A stretch of DNA of 23,506 nt from Candidatus Fermentibacteraceae bacterium (GTDB lineage: Bacteria; Fermentibacterota; Fermentibacteria; Fermentibacterales; JCC-6), in contig JAWLEP010000039.1 of assembly GCA_041686025.1 (NCBI GenBank), forward strand, positions 1 through 23,506, given 5' to 3'. This document shows, piece by piece, positions 16,300 through 23,506 of the stretch (position 1 is the stretch's first letter; every line of letters begins with the position of its first letter). Made by a program: the position numbers and the translations under genes. Under the pieces are notes generated by a model. That model was given only the letters and a program-made list of their open reading frames with translations. It was not told the origin of the DNA and made no database searches.

Positions 16300-17502
16300 A
16301 TGCTGCATGGACAAGTGCTCGGTCTCGCACTGGCCGGTTCCGCCGCAGCCTCCCTGCCCCTGCTCTCCTCGCCCGAGCCCCTCGTGGTCGGCGCCGAGCC
16401 CCTGAGGGTGGACTTCCACAGCTCTCCCTTCTTCGGGGACTGGGACGGCGACGGCCGGGGAGACCTGATGGTGGGCCAGTTCCAGGACGGCATGATCGCG
16501 TTGTACATCAACACGGGAACGGCCCAGCAGCCCCAGTACGATTCCGAAAGCTGGCTGAGCGCCGACGGGGAGCCCATCATGCTCCCCTACGGTTGATGCT
16601 GCGGGGCCCAGAATCCACAGGCTGTGGATTGGAACGACGACGGACTCGAGGACCTGATAGTGGGCGACCGCCTGGGAATGGTGAACCACTTCCGCAGGCT
16701 TCCCGACGGCAGCCTTACCGCCATGCCCCCCGTATCCACCCCGCAGGGACGCATAGAGGTGGGCCACAACTCCGCCCCCGAGGTCTTCGACTGGAACGGT
16801 GACGGGCTCCCCGACCTTCTGGTGGGCAGAGCCGATCCCTGGCCGGGCTCGGTGATCCTCTACACCAACTCCGGCACCCCGGGGGACCCCCTCCTGGCCG
16901 ACAGCTGCTTCCTGGACGCCGGCGGGGAGCACATCTCATACACCTACAGCGTCCCCAGGGTGTTCGACCTGGACCGCGACGGCCGGCACGACCTGGTGCT
17001 GGGCGAGGCCAGCGGCCACGTCTACTGGTTCCGCAACACGGGCACCTCCGCGGAGCCGGTCCTGGAGGAGGGCGTCATGCTGGAGTGCGAGGACGGCCCC
17101 GTCTTCAACGGCACCAGCTCCCGGGTCTGGGTCGGCGACTACGACGCCGACGGCATTCCCGACCTGCTGCTGGGCGACTACAGCGGCCTGGTCCACCTCT
17201 ACCGGGGAAGCGACACCACCGGCGTGGCGGAGCCGGGGTGCAGCGGGCTGGAGATCCGTCCGGCGGCCAGCCCCGCGACAACCATCCGGGCAGTGGTCTC
17301 CTCCGGGCAGGCCAGGGAAGCGACCCTTCTCGTCTTCTCGGTCCACGGACGGCTGATCGGCTCGGTGGACGGCTCACTCGTCCCCGGACGGAACGAGATG
17401 GTGCCGGAGCTGGAACCGGCTCCCGGTGTGTACCTGATGGTGCTGCGGTCGGGGGAGCTCAGGGCGTCCTGCCGGGTGGTGCTGCTGGACGAAGACGGCT
17501 GA
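16300..17502 (+). CDS. Secreted FG-GAP/VCBS-repeat protein with T9SS/FlgD-like C-terminal domain; in-frame UGA at 16594-16596 probably read as selenocysteine (about 400 aa)
   Basis: ORFs 16264-16596 and 16624-17502 share a frame and are separated only by one TGA: ..IMLPYG-TGA-CCGAQNPQAVDWNDDG.. The joined protein has a signal peptide, five D(W/L/Y)xxDGxxDLxxG repeats and a TGVAE..VFSVHGRLI..PGVYLMVL tail. A SECIS-like hairpin follows the TGA. Confidence 0.8.
16597..16632 (+). promoter_or_regulatory. Candidate bacterial SECIS element
   Basis: Perfect 8-bp stem AATCCACA (16612-16619) / TGTGGATT (16623-16630) with a G-starting loop GGC beginning 24 nt after the UGA. It can extend by CC/GG past an AG bulge. 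Confidence 0.65.
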
Positions 17503-17512
17503 GCCCGACCGG

Positions 17513-18280
17513 CTACCTGACCACCAGCCTCCAGCCCAGACCGCCCTCCCGGAATCCCTCTCCGAAGCGGGCCCGCAGCACCTCCCGGGCCGTCTCCCCC
17601 GTGCAGTGGGTGGGGGCAACCGTCCGGGTGCCCAGCTTCTCCAGGCTGTCCGCCAGGGCCTCGGCGTCTGCCGGCGTGGCGCCCCCCATGTGGAAGCCGC
17701 CCATAACCAGCCGAGGCGGCTCGCCGCATACCTCCGCCGCCGCCCGGGCCATTCTATGGGCTCCCGGATGGGAGCATCCGCAGACCACCAGGGGTCCGCT
17801 GCCGGTGGGCACCACCAGGGCCTGCTCGGTGAGGGGGCCCTCCACCGGGCCGGTGGTGAGGACGCCCCTGGTCACGGTGTCCGGGCCGAAGACAACATGA
17901 CGGATGCTCTCCGGGGCGGTCTCGGCGAACTCTTCCAGCACGAATACGGCAGGCGGGTCGGGCAGCCCCGTCAGCGCGCCCAGCCCCCCGCAGTGGTCGG
18001 AGTGCCCGTGCGAGAGGACCACGGCGTCCACCGAGGCCGGATCCAGGCCCAGGGCCTCCATGTTGGAGAGGAGTATGCCTCCATGGGTGCCCGTGTCGAA
18101 GAGCACGGTCGCGGAGTCGGTCTCCACCAGGGCGGAGAAGCCCCAGTCGTTCCTCAGCCCGGGTGCGGCGGGGCTTCCGGCCGAGTCGTGCCACATGACG
18201 TTGTCGTATGCCACGGTAACCCGGGCCACGAAGCCCTCCGGTGCGGCGGGGCCGGCGGCCAGCAGGAGGGCGGCAAGCAC
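17513..18280 (-). CDS. MBL-fold metallo-hydrolase, COG1237-type, with hydrophobic N-terminus
   Basis: YDN..WGFSALVE..VLFDTG..SHGHSDHCGGL..EQALVV..GCSHPG..GGFH..PTHCTG. GTG start; an in-frame TGA lies two codons upstream. Confidence 0.88.
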   Translation of the reverse strand: MLAALLLAAGPAAPEGFVARVTVAYDNVMWHDSAGSPAAPGLRNDWGFSALVETDSATVLFDTGTHGGILLSNMEALGLDPASVDAVVLSHGHSDHCGGLGALTGLPDPPAVFVLEEFAETAPESIRHVVFGPDTVTRGVLTTGPVEGPLTEQALVVPTGSGPLVVCGCSHPGAHRMARAAAEVCGEPPRLVMGGFHMGGATPADAEALADSLEKLGTRTVAPTHCTGETAREVLRARFGEGFREGGLGWRLVVR

Positions 18281-18368
18281 AATTCACATCCCTTCGGCGA
18301 GGGGGCAGAAGAATCGTCCCATCGCCATAGTCTTGCCAACTGCGCTGTCCCCGAAAAGCCCCCGGCGG

Positions 18369-18554
18369 TCAGCCGCCCAGGCAGTCCTTCCGCCACCGGC
18401 AGTCGATGCGGTCGCAGTAACCCTCGGCGGTGCCGAAGCAGGGGTAGTTTCCCTCGTGCTCCTGTATGGCGCGGACCAGGTCGGCCTTCCTCAGGCGGGA
18501 GACACCCTTCATCCCCTTCCGGGAGGCGATCTCGAGGATCTCTCTTCTGGTCAT
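18369..18554 (-). CDS. Small SAP/Rho_N-like helix-extended-helix protein with 4-Cys tail (61 aa)
   Basis: MTRREILEIASRKGMKGVSRLRKADLVRAIQEHEGNYPCFGTAEGYCDRIDCRWRKDCLGG with strong RBS GGAAAGGAAGG and a C-x7-C-x4-C-x5-C motif. Confidence 0.85.
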   Translation of the reverse strand: MTRREILEIASRKGMKGVSRLRKADLVRAIQEHEGNYPCFGTAEGYCDRIDCRWRKDCLGG

Positions 18555-18632
18555 GGCGGCCTTCCTTTCCGCTGCGTTCCCCTCACGCAGCATGGCATAA
18601 CAATACTGGTCAAACCCCGTGCCAGGGAAAGG

Positions 18633-18650
18633 GCCTCCCGCAGGGGAGGC
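18633..18650 (-). terminator. Intrinsic terminator-like hairpin after the beta-barrel gene
   Basis: Minus strand GCCTCCC-CTGC-GGGAGGC followed by CCTTT, directly at the TAG stop. Confidence 0.5.
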
Positions 18651-19234
18651 TAGAAGGTCCAGGCCATTCCGGCCAGTATGTCCTCGGAGGCGACGGTGCT
18701 CCATTCCGACCTGGAGTACTCGAACTCCAGGTTCGGGGCCTCCGGGTCCTCTGAGGTTGTGGAGGCGCTTATCCAGCGGCCGCCCCACTCCAGGAAGAGG
18801 CCCAGGCGCTCCACTCCGGGCAGGGACAGGTCCGCCCGCAGGAGCGGACAGAACGCAGTGGACCGGGTCTCCGACTCGCCGGCAACCCCCTGCATGCCGC
18901 TGGTTGCACGGGAGTAGTCGAACCGCGCTCCGGCGCTGAGGGAGGTGTGGGACGCAGACGCCACCCGGCGGAAGGCCCCTGCGCCGACGCAGAAGGTCTC
19001 ATCCTCGGTCACCGCCTCGGAGATCTCGCTCTCGCTGCGGTCCATCCCCGCGGAGACCTCCAGATCGAAGCCGCCCGCGGCCGAATAGCCGAGGCAGAGC
19101 ATGTAGACGTTCTCCTCCAGCTGGTCGCCGGGGAGGACAAGGACCGGAACTGCGGTCTTGCGGAATCCCAGGGAGACCGATGCCATCACGGCTGAAGACA
19201 CCAGGAGAGTCAGGGCGGCGATTCGTACGGGCAT
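18650..19234 (-). CDS. Small outer-membrane beta-barrel protein
   Basis: Signal peptide MPVRIAALTLLVSSAVMA, alternating amphipathic strands (FDLEVSAGM, LSAGARFDY, LGLFLEWGGRW) and C-terminal AGMAWTF (terminal-Phe beta-signal). RBS GAAGGGAAGGA. Confidence 0.72.
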   Translation of the reverse strand: MPVRIAALTLLVSSAVMASVSLGFRKTAVPVLVLPGDQLEENVYMLCLGYSAAGGFDLEVSAGMDRSESEISEAVTEDETFCVGAGAFRRVASASHTSLSAGARFDYSRATSGMQGVAGESETRSTAFCPLLRADLSLPGVERLGLFLEWGGRWISASTTSEDPEAPNLEFEYSRSEWSTVASEDILAGMAWTF

Positions 19235-19314
19235 GCGTTCCTTCCCTTCGCTGCGGGCGCGGCCATTTGCATGTTCAATATAGACGGTGGGATGCCGCCG
19301 GCAAATGCAGCGGG

Positions 19315-19340
19315 GCCGGGGCGGCACTGGCCGCCCCGGC
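19315..19340 (-). terminator. Perfect GC hairpin after the RND permease stop
   Basis: GCCGGGGCGGC-ACTG-GCCGCCCCGGC forms an 11-bp stem 8 nt past the stop, with no U tract. Confidence 0.45.
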
Positions 19341-19348
19341 ATGTAGTG

Positions 19349-22300
19349 CTACTCTGAGGGTGAGTCGCCGTTGCTGCGCCTGCGGAAGGCCTTGTACCTG
19401 CCGAAGAACACGTAGATGCAGGGCTCCACCACCAGGGTCAGCATGGTGGCCATGAACAGCCCCCCGATGACGCTGATGGCCATGGGCGACCAGGCCTCCG
19501 CCCCCTCGCCGATCTCCAGCGCCAGCGGGAACATGGCCAGCATGGTGGTGAAGGCCGTCATCAGTATGGGCCGCATCCTTACCGTGGAGGCCTCCACTAT
19601 GGCCTCCTCCAGCTCCTGTCCGCGGCGGCGGAGCTGGTTGGCGTAGTCCACCATGACGATGCCGTTGTTCACCACGATTCCGGCCAGCATCAGAACGCCC
19701 ACCAGCGACATCACCGACAGGGTGGTGCCCGTCACCAGGAGGGCCAGCACCACTCCGATGAGGGCCAGGGGGATGGTGAATATGATGATGAAGGGCTCCA
19801 GGAAGCTTTCGAACTGCCCCGCCATAACCATGTAGACCAGCGCCGCGGCCACTGCTATGGCTATGCCCAGGTACATGAAGGTCTCCCTCTGGTCCTCCAT
19901 CTCGCCGCCCACCTCCACGCGGTAGCCCGCCGTGTCCAGCGTGTCCAGCATGCTGCGGACGTTCCCGGCCACCTCTCCCAGGGACCTGCCGTAGACGTCG
20001 CAGGAGACCTGGGCCATTCGGGACTGGTTCTTGCGGCGGATGGTGTTGGGCACCATGCGCTGCCGGAGGGTGCCGTAGGCGCTCAGGGGACGGCCCAGGA
20101 CCGAAGCGGTCTCCACGTCCTCCCGCGAGTCGCGGGCCCTCTCGGGGTAGCGGACGAAGACATCGTACTCCTCGTCCCCCTCGCGGAAGACGGTGGCCGC
20201 CGTTCCCATCAGGCCGTAGGAGAGGTCGTAGGCCAGCCTCGAGGGGCTGGTGCCGTACAGCGAAAGACGTGCCGGACTGGGGTCGAAGGAGTATTCGGGC
20301 ACCTGCTCCTCCACCGAGCTCTGCACGTCCACCGCGCCCTCGATGGTCTGCATCTCCGCCTTGATCCGTCCGGCCACCTCCGAGAGGAGCTGCAGGTCAT
20401 CGCCGTAGACCTCAACCTCTATGGGCGACCCGCTCATCATGCTGCCCCCGGCCATGCTCTCGTAGGTCACTCCCGGCATGTCGTCCAGCACCTTCCTGAT
20501 CCGGTCCTCGTAGTCGAAGATGCTGGTGGAGCGCTGGCTGGCGCGGGTGAACCTGATGTTGACCTCGGCCTCGTTGGTTCCGCTGCTGCCGAAGATGGCC
20601 ATGATGCCCTCGCCCTGCCCCACGGAGGAGAAGACGGCCATCAGATCCTCCTCCGGGACTATTGCCCGTATGGAGTCCTCCAGAGCGGCCACGGTGGCGT
20701 TGGTGGTCTCCAGGTCGGTGCCCACCGGCATCTCCAGGTCTACCGAGAGGAAGGCGTCGTCGGAGCGGGGGAAGAAGTCCGTGGGCAGCATGGTGGCCAC
20801 CACTATGGACAGCACGAAGGCGATTCCGGCGCCACCCAGCACCAGCTTCTTGTGATGCACGGCCCATGCCACCAGGTCGTGATAACGGTTCTGTACGTTC
20901 TCGATGAACCGCTCTATGCGCCCGGCCAGGCCGGTCTCCCCGTGCTTGGGAACCAGCCTCTGCACCCAGGATGAGAGCAGGGGAACCAGGCTCAGGGCCA
21001 CGAACAGCGACACCGACAGGCTGAAGGTGATGGTCAGCACCATCTCCCGGAACAGCTGGCCCGCCAGCCCCGGGACGAAGAGTATGGGGAGGAAGACGGC
21101 CAGTGTGGTCATGGTGGAGGCGGCGATGGCCATGGAGACCTCCGAGGCGCCGTCCACCGCGGCGTCCCATATGTTCTTTCCCATCTCCCGGTGGCGGAAG
21201 ATGCTCTCCAGCACCACTATCGAGTTGTCCACCAGAAGGCCGATGGCCAGGGCCAGGCCCGCCAGTGAGATGACGTTGATCTGCACCTCGGCCAGGTGCA
21301 TGACGAAGAAGGTGACGACCACGGATATGGGAATGGCCACCCCCGCCACCGAGGCCCCCCGCCAGGAGCGCAGGAAGAACAGCAGCACCAGGAAGGCGAA
21401 GATCACCGCCTGCAGGGCCGTGTTGCCCAGGTTGCCGATGGACATGTTGATGAACTCGGCCTGGTCGAACATCACCTGCAGCTCCAGCTGACCCTCGTAC
21501 TCGGAGGCGATCTCGTCCAGGACCTCGTGCACCCTCTCGGAGACGTTGACGGTGTTGGCGTCGGAGCGCTTGTTGATGTAGCTCATCACCGCCGACCGGC
21601 CGCCGAAGCGGACGTACTGGAGCTTCTCCTCCCGGCCGTCCTCCACGTCGGCCACATGCCGCAGCTCAACCGGCCCGGAGGCGGTGTATCCCACCACCAG
21701 CTGCTCTATCTCCTCCACTGTCTCGAAGGCGGACTCCACCCTGAGGTTGATCCGCATTCCCCCGGCGTCTATGTAGCCTGCGGGGGTGTTGTTCCTCACC
21801 GACTGCAGCGCCTGCACGACCTGGGTGATCGTTATGCCGGTCTCCGACAGCCTGGACGGATGGGGAGTGACGTTGATCTGGCGACGCAGGCCGCCCAGGG
21901 TGGAGACCGATCCCACTCCCTCCACCCTGCTGAGACGCGACTCTATCTCGTCCTCCACCAGCCTGCGCAGCTCGAAGTCGCTGAGGGTCTCGCTGGTGAA
22001 GCCCAGGAAGGTCACCGGCTGCAGGCTGGGGTCCATGGCCAGAACGGTGGGCTCCGCGGCGTCCTCGGGGAGGAATCCCTCGTACATGTCCAGCTGGCGG
22101 CGGACGTCGGTCTCCGCCTGCTCCAGGTCGTGGCCCCAGTTGAACTCCGCCATCACCATGCTCACACCGGGCATGGAGCGGGAGGTGACGTTCTTCACGT
22201 TGGAAACCCGGGACACCGCCTGCTCCAGGAGGTCGGTGACCAGCTCCTCCATCTCCTCGGGGCCGGCGCCCTCCAGGCTGGAGAAGACCATGATCATGGG

Positions 22301-22426
22301 GAAGTCCATGTCGGGGTACATGTCCACGCCCAGCTGGGTGAGACCGAAGATTCCGGCCCCCACAATCCCGATGAAGAGCATGAGGAAGGCTACGCGCCTG
22401 CGTACGGATACGGCGGGAAGGCCCAT
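19349..22426 (-). CDS. RND efflux permease (AcrB/AcrD/AcrF family)
   Basis: 1025 aa with GAGPEEMEELVT, LALAIGLLVDNSIVVLESI, STMTTLAVFLP, QFESFLEPFII, GIVVNNGIVMVD and RMRPILMT. Confidence 0.95.
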   Translation of the reverse strand: MGLPAVSVRRRVAFLMLFIGIVGAGIFGLTQLGVDMYPDMDFPMIMVFSSLEGAGPEEMEELVTDLLEQAVSRVSNVKNVTSRSMPGVSMVMAEFNWGHDLEQAETDVRRQLDMYEGFLPEDAAEPTVLAMDPSLQPVTFLGFTSETLSDFELRRLVEDEIESRLSRVEGVGSVSTLGGLRRQINVTPHPSRLSETGITITQVVQALQSVRNNTPAGYIDAGGMRINLRVESAFETVEEIEQLVVGYTASGPVELRHVADVEDGREEKLQYVRFGGRSAVMSYINKRSDANTVNVSERVHEVLDEIASEYEGQLELQVMFDQAEFINMSIGNLGNTALQAVIFAFLVLLFFLRSWRGASVAGVAIPISVVVTFFVMHLAEVQINVISLAGLALAIGLLVDNSIVVLESIFRHREMGKNIWDAAVDGASEVSMAIAASTMTTLAVFLPILFVPGLAGQLFREMVLTITFSLSVSLFVALSLVPLLSSWVQRLVPKHGETGLAGRIERFIENVQNRYHDLVAWAVHHKKLVLGGAGIAFVLSIVVATMLPTDFFPRSDDAFLSVDLEMPVGTDLETTNATVAALEDSIRAIVPEEDLMAVFSSVGQGEGIMAIFGSSGTNEAEVNIRFTRASQRSTSIFDYEDRIRKVLDDMPGVTYESMAGGSMMSGSPIEVEVYGDDLQLLSEVAGRIKAEMQTIEGAVDVQSSVEEQVPEYSFDPSPARLSLYGTSPSRLAYDLSYGLMGTAATVFREGDEEYDVFVRYPERARDSREDVETASVLGRPLSAYGTLRQRMVPNTIRRKNQSRMAQVSCDVYGRSLGEVAGNVRSMLDTLDTAGYRVEVGGEMEDQRETFMYLGIAIAVAAALVYMVMAGQFESFLEPFIIIFTIPLALIGVVLALLVTGTTLSVMSLVGVLMLAGIVVNNGIVMVDYANQLRRRGQELEEAIVEASTVRMRPILMTAFTTMLAMFPLALEIGEGAEAWSPMAISVIGGLFMATMLTLVVEPCIYVFFGRYKAFRRRSNGDSPSE

Positions 22427-23502
22427 CAGCGCACCACCCTGACCTCGTCGCCGTCGGCCAGCGAGCCCTGGCCGCGGACTATCAGGGAATCACCGGCCTC
22501 CAGGCCGGAGGTTATCTGGACCCTGCCCTGGTTGCTGATGCCGAGCTCGACGTCGCGGATCTCGGCGGCACCGCTTTCCACAACCGCCACCTGGAAGCCC
22601 TCGCGGGTCCTCTTGAGCATGCTCTCCTCCACGGCCACGGCGTCGTCTGCGGTGCGCACCTGCACCGCCACCCGCCCGGAGGTTCCGGGCCGGAGGCGCC
22701 CTCCGGCGGTCTCGAAGCGCACGCGGGCGGGGACCAGGCCGCTCCGGGCGTCCACGGCCGACGATACGGCCGTGACCACTCCGGGGAAGGCCTCGCCCTC
22801 CAGGGCCGGCACCTCGATGAAGGCCGGCAGGCCCGCCTCCAGGTCGTACACGGACTCCTCGGGAAGCAGTATGCGGGCGGTGAGGAAGCTGTCGCCGGCC
22901 ACCGAGACCACCGGCATGCCGCTGATCATCTCTCCCTCGGTGGCCCACACCCGAACCACGGTGCCGTCGAAGGGAGCGGCTATCCAGGAGGTGCCGGCAG
23001 CGGTGCGGGCCTGCTCCAGCCCCGCCAGCGCCTGGTCGTACTGGGCCTGCGCGGCCTCTACGCCCGCCCTGGCCTGCTCCACCTGCTGGCTGCTCACGGC
23101 CCCCGCCTCCTGCAGGGAGGCCATCCGCTCCATGTCCCGCCGGGCGTTCTCCATGTTGATCCGGGCGGCCTCCACGGAGGCCCGCGCACCGCTGAGGGCC
23201 GCAGCCATCTGGCCGTCGGTGTCCATGCGGACCAGCCGCTGCCCCTTCTCCACCCGGTCGCCCTCGGAGACCAGGACCTCCATCACCGTGCCGGGCGTGC
23301 CCGGGTAGACCATGGCCTCCCCCGAACCCTCCAGCCGGGCGTTGGCGTATGCTATGCTGGAAATGGTCGTTGTCTGCACCACCTCCACTGCTACCGCCGG
23401 AGGCGGTTCCTCCTCCCTCGGCCCTCCTCCGGGGCCGCAGGCGGCCAGCAGCAGGGCGGCGGCCGCCGGAACTATCCGTCTCAGACTGCGATCCATGCTC
23501 AT
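22426..23502 (-). CDS. RND efflux periplasmic adaptor (membrane fusion protein), lipoprotein
   Basis: Lipobox LLLAAC, lipoyl halves GTVMEVLVSEGDRVEKGQRL and IAAPFDGTV, a helical hairpin, LRPG and ITSGLEAGD. TGATG overlap with the permease start. Alternative start at 23496. Confidence 0.93.
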   Translation of the reverse strand: MSMDRSLRRIVPAAAALLLAACGPGGGPREEEPPPAVAVEVVQTTTISSIAYANARLEGSGEAMVYPGTPGTVMEVLVSEGDRVEKGQRLVRMDTDGQMAAALSGARASVEAARINMENARRDMERMASLQEAGAVSSQQVEQARAGVEAAQAQYDQALAGLEQARTAAGTSWIAAPFDGTVVRVWATEGEMISGMPVVSVAGDSFLTARILLPEESVYDLEAGLPAFIEVPALEGEAFPGVVTAVSSAVDARSGLVPARVRFETAGGRLRPGTSGRVAVQVRTADDAVAVEESMLKRTREGFQVAVVESGAAEIRDVELGISNQGRVQITSGLEAGDSLIVRGQGSLADGDEVRVVR

Positions 23503-23506
23503 CCTC

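Noticed and set aside
16594..16596. Genome-wide UGA reassignment to Trp or Gly as the explanation for the internal stop
   Set aside because: TGA ends many genes here at natural domain ends (6455, 9472, 9960, 12964, 17502), and no other long gene contains an internal TGA.

Overview
GC-rich bacterial chromosomal window, probably from a diderm organism. A T9SS/FlgD-like sorting tail, a TonB domain and an outer-membrane barrel suggest the FCB group; this is inference only. It carries about 17 genes for envelope, transport and metabolic functions: a secreted glycoside-hydrolase-like protein running off the left edge, a fused MFS/spermidine synthase with TPR tail, a long-chain acyl-CoA ligase, a MATE transporter, a DUF4424-like protein, a ferritin/rubrerythrin-like protein, a pseudokinase-PEGA-TonB fusion, a four-gene minus-strand cluster ending in an ornithine/alanine-racemase-family enzyme, an FG-GAP protein, a COG1237-type MBL hydrolase, a small SAP/Rho_N-like 4-Cys protein, a small beta-barrel and an RND pump (adaptor plus permease). 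No rRNA, tRNA, CRISPR array or transposase was seen. The top finding is that two ORF-track fragments (16264-16596 and 16624-17502) form one in-frame gene interrupted by a single UGA in the context P-Y-G-UGA-C-C, followed by a SECIS-like hairpin. This is a candidate secreted FG-GAP selenoprotein with a U-C-C motif. Other highlights are a (TC)7 tract that frameshifts the signal peptide of the leftmost gene (possible phase variation), a 145-bp element with 31-bp inverted repeats in a divergent promoter region, a kinase domain with degenerate catalytic motifs fused to TonB, and a probable AUA start codon.
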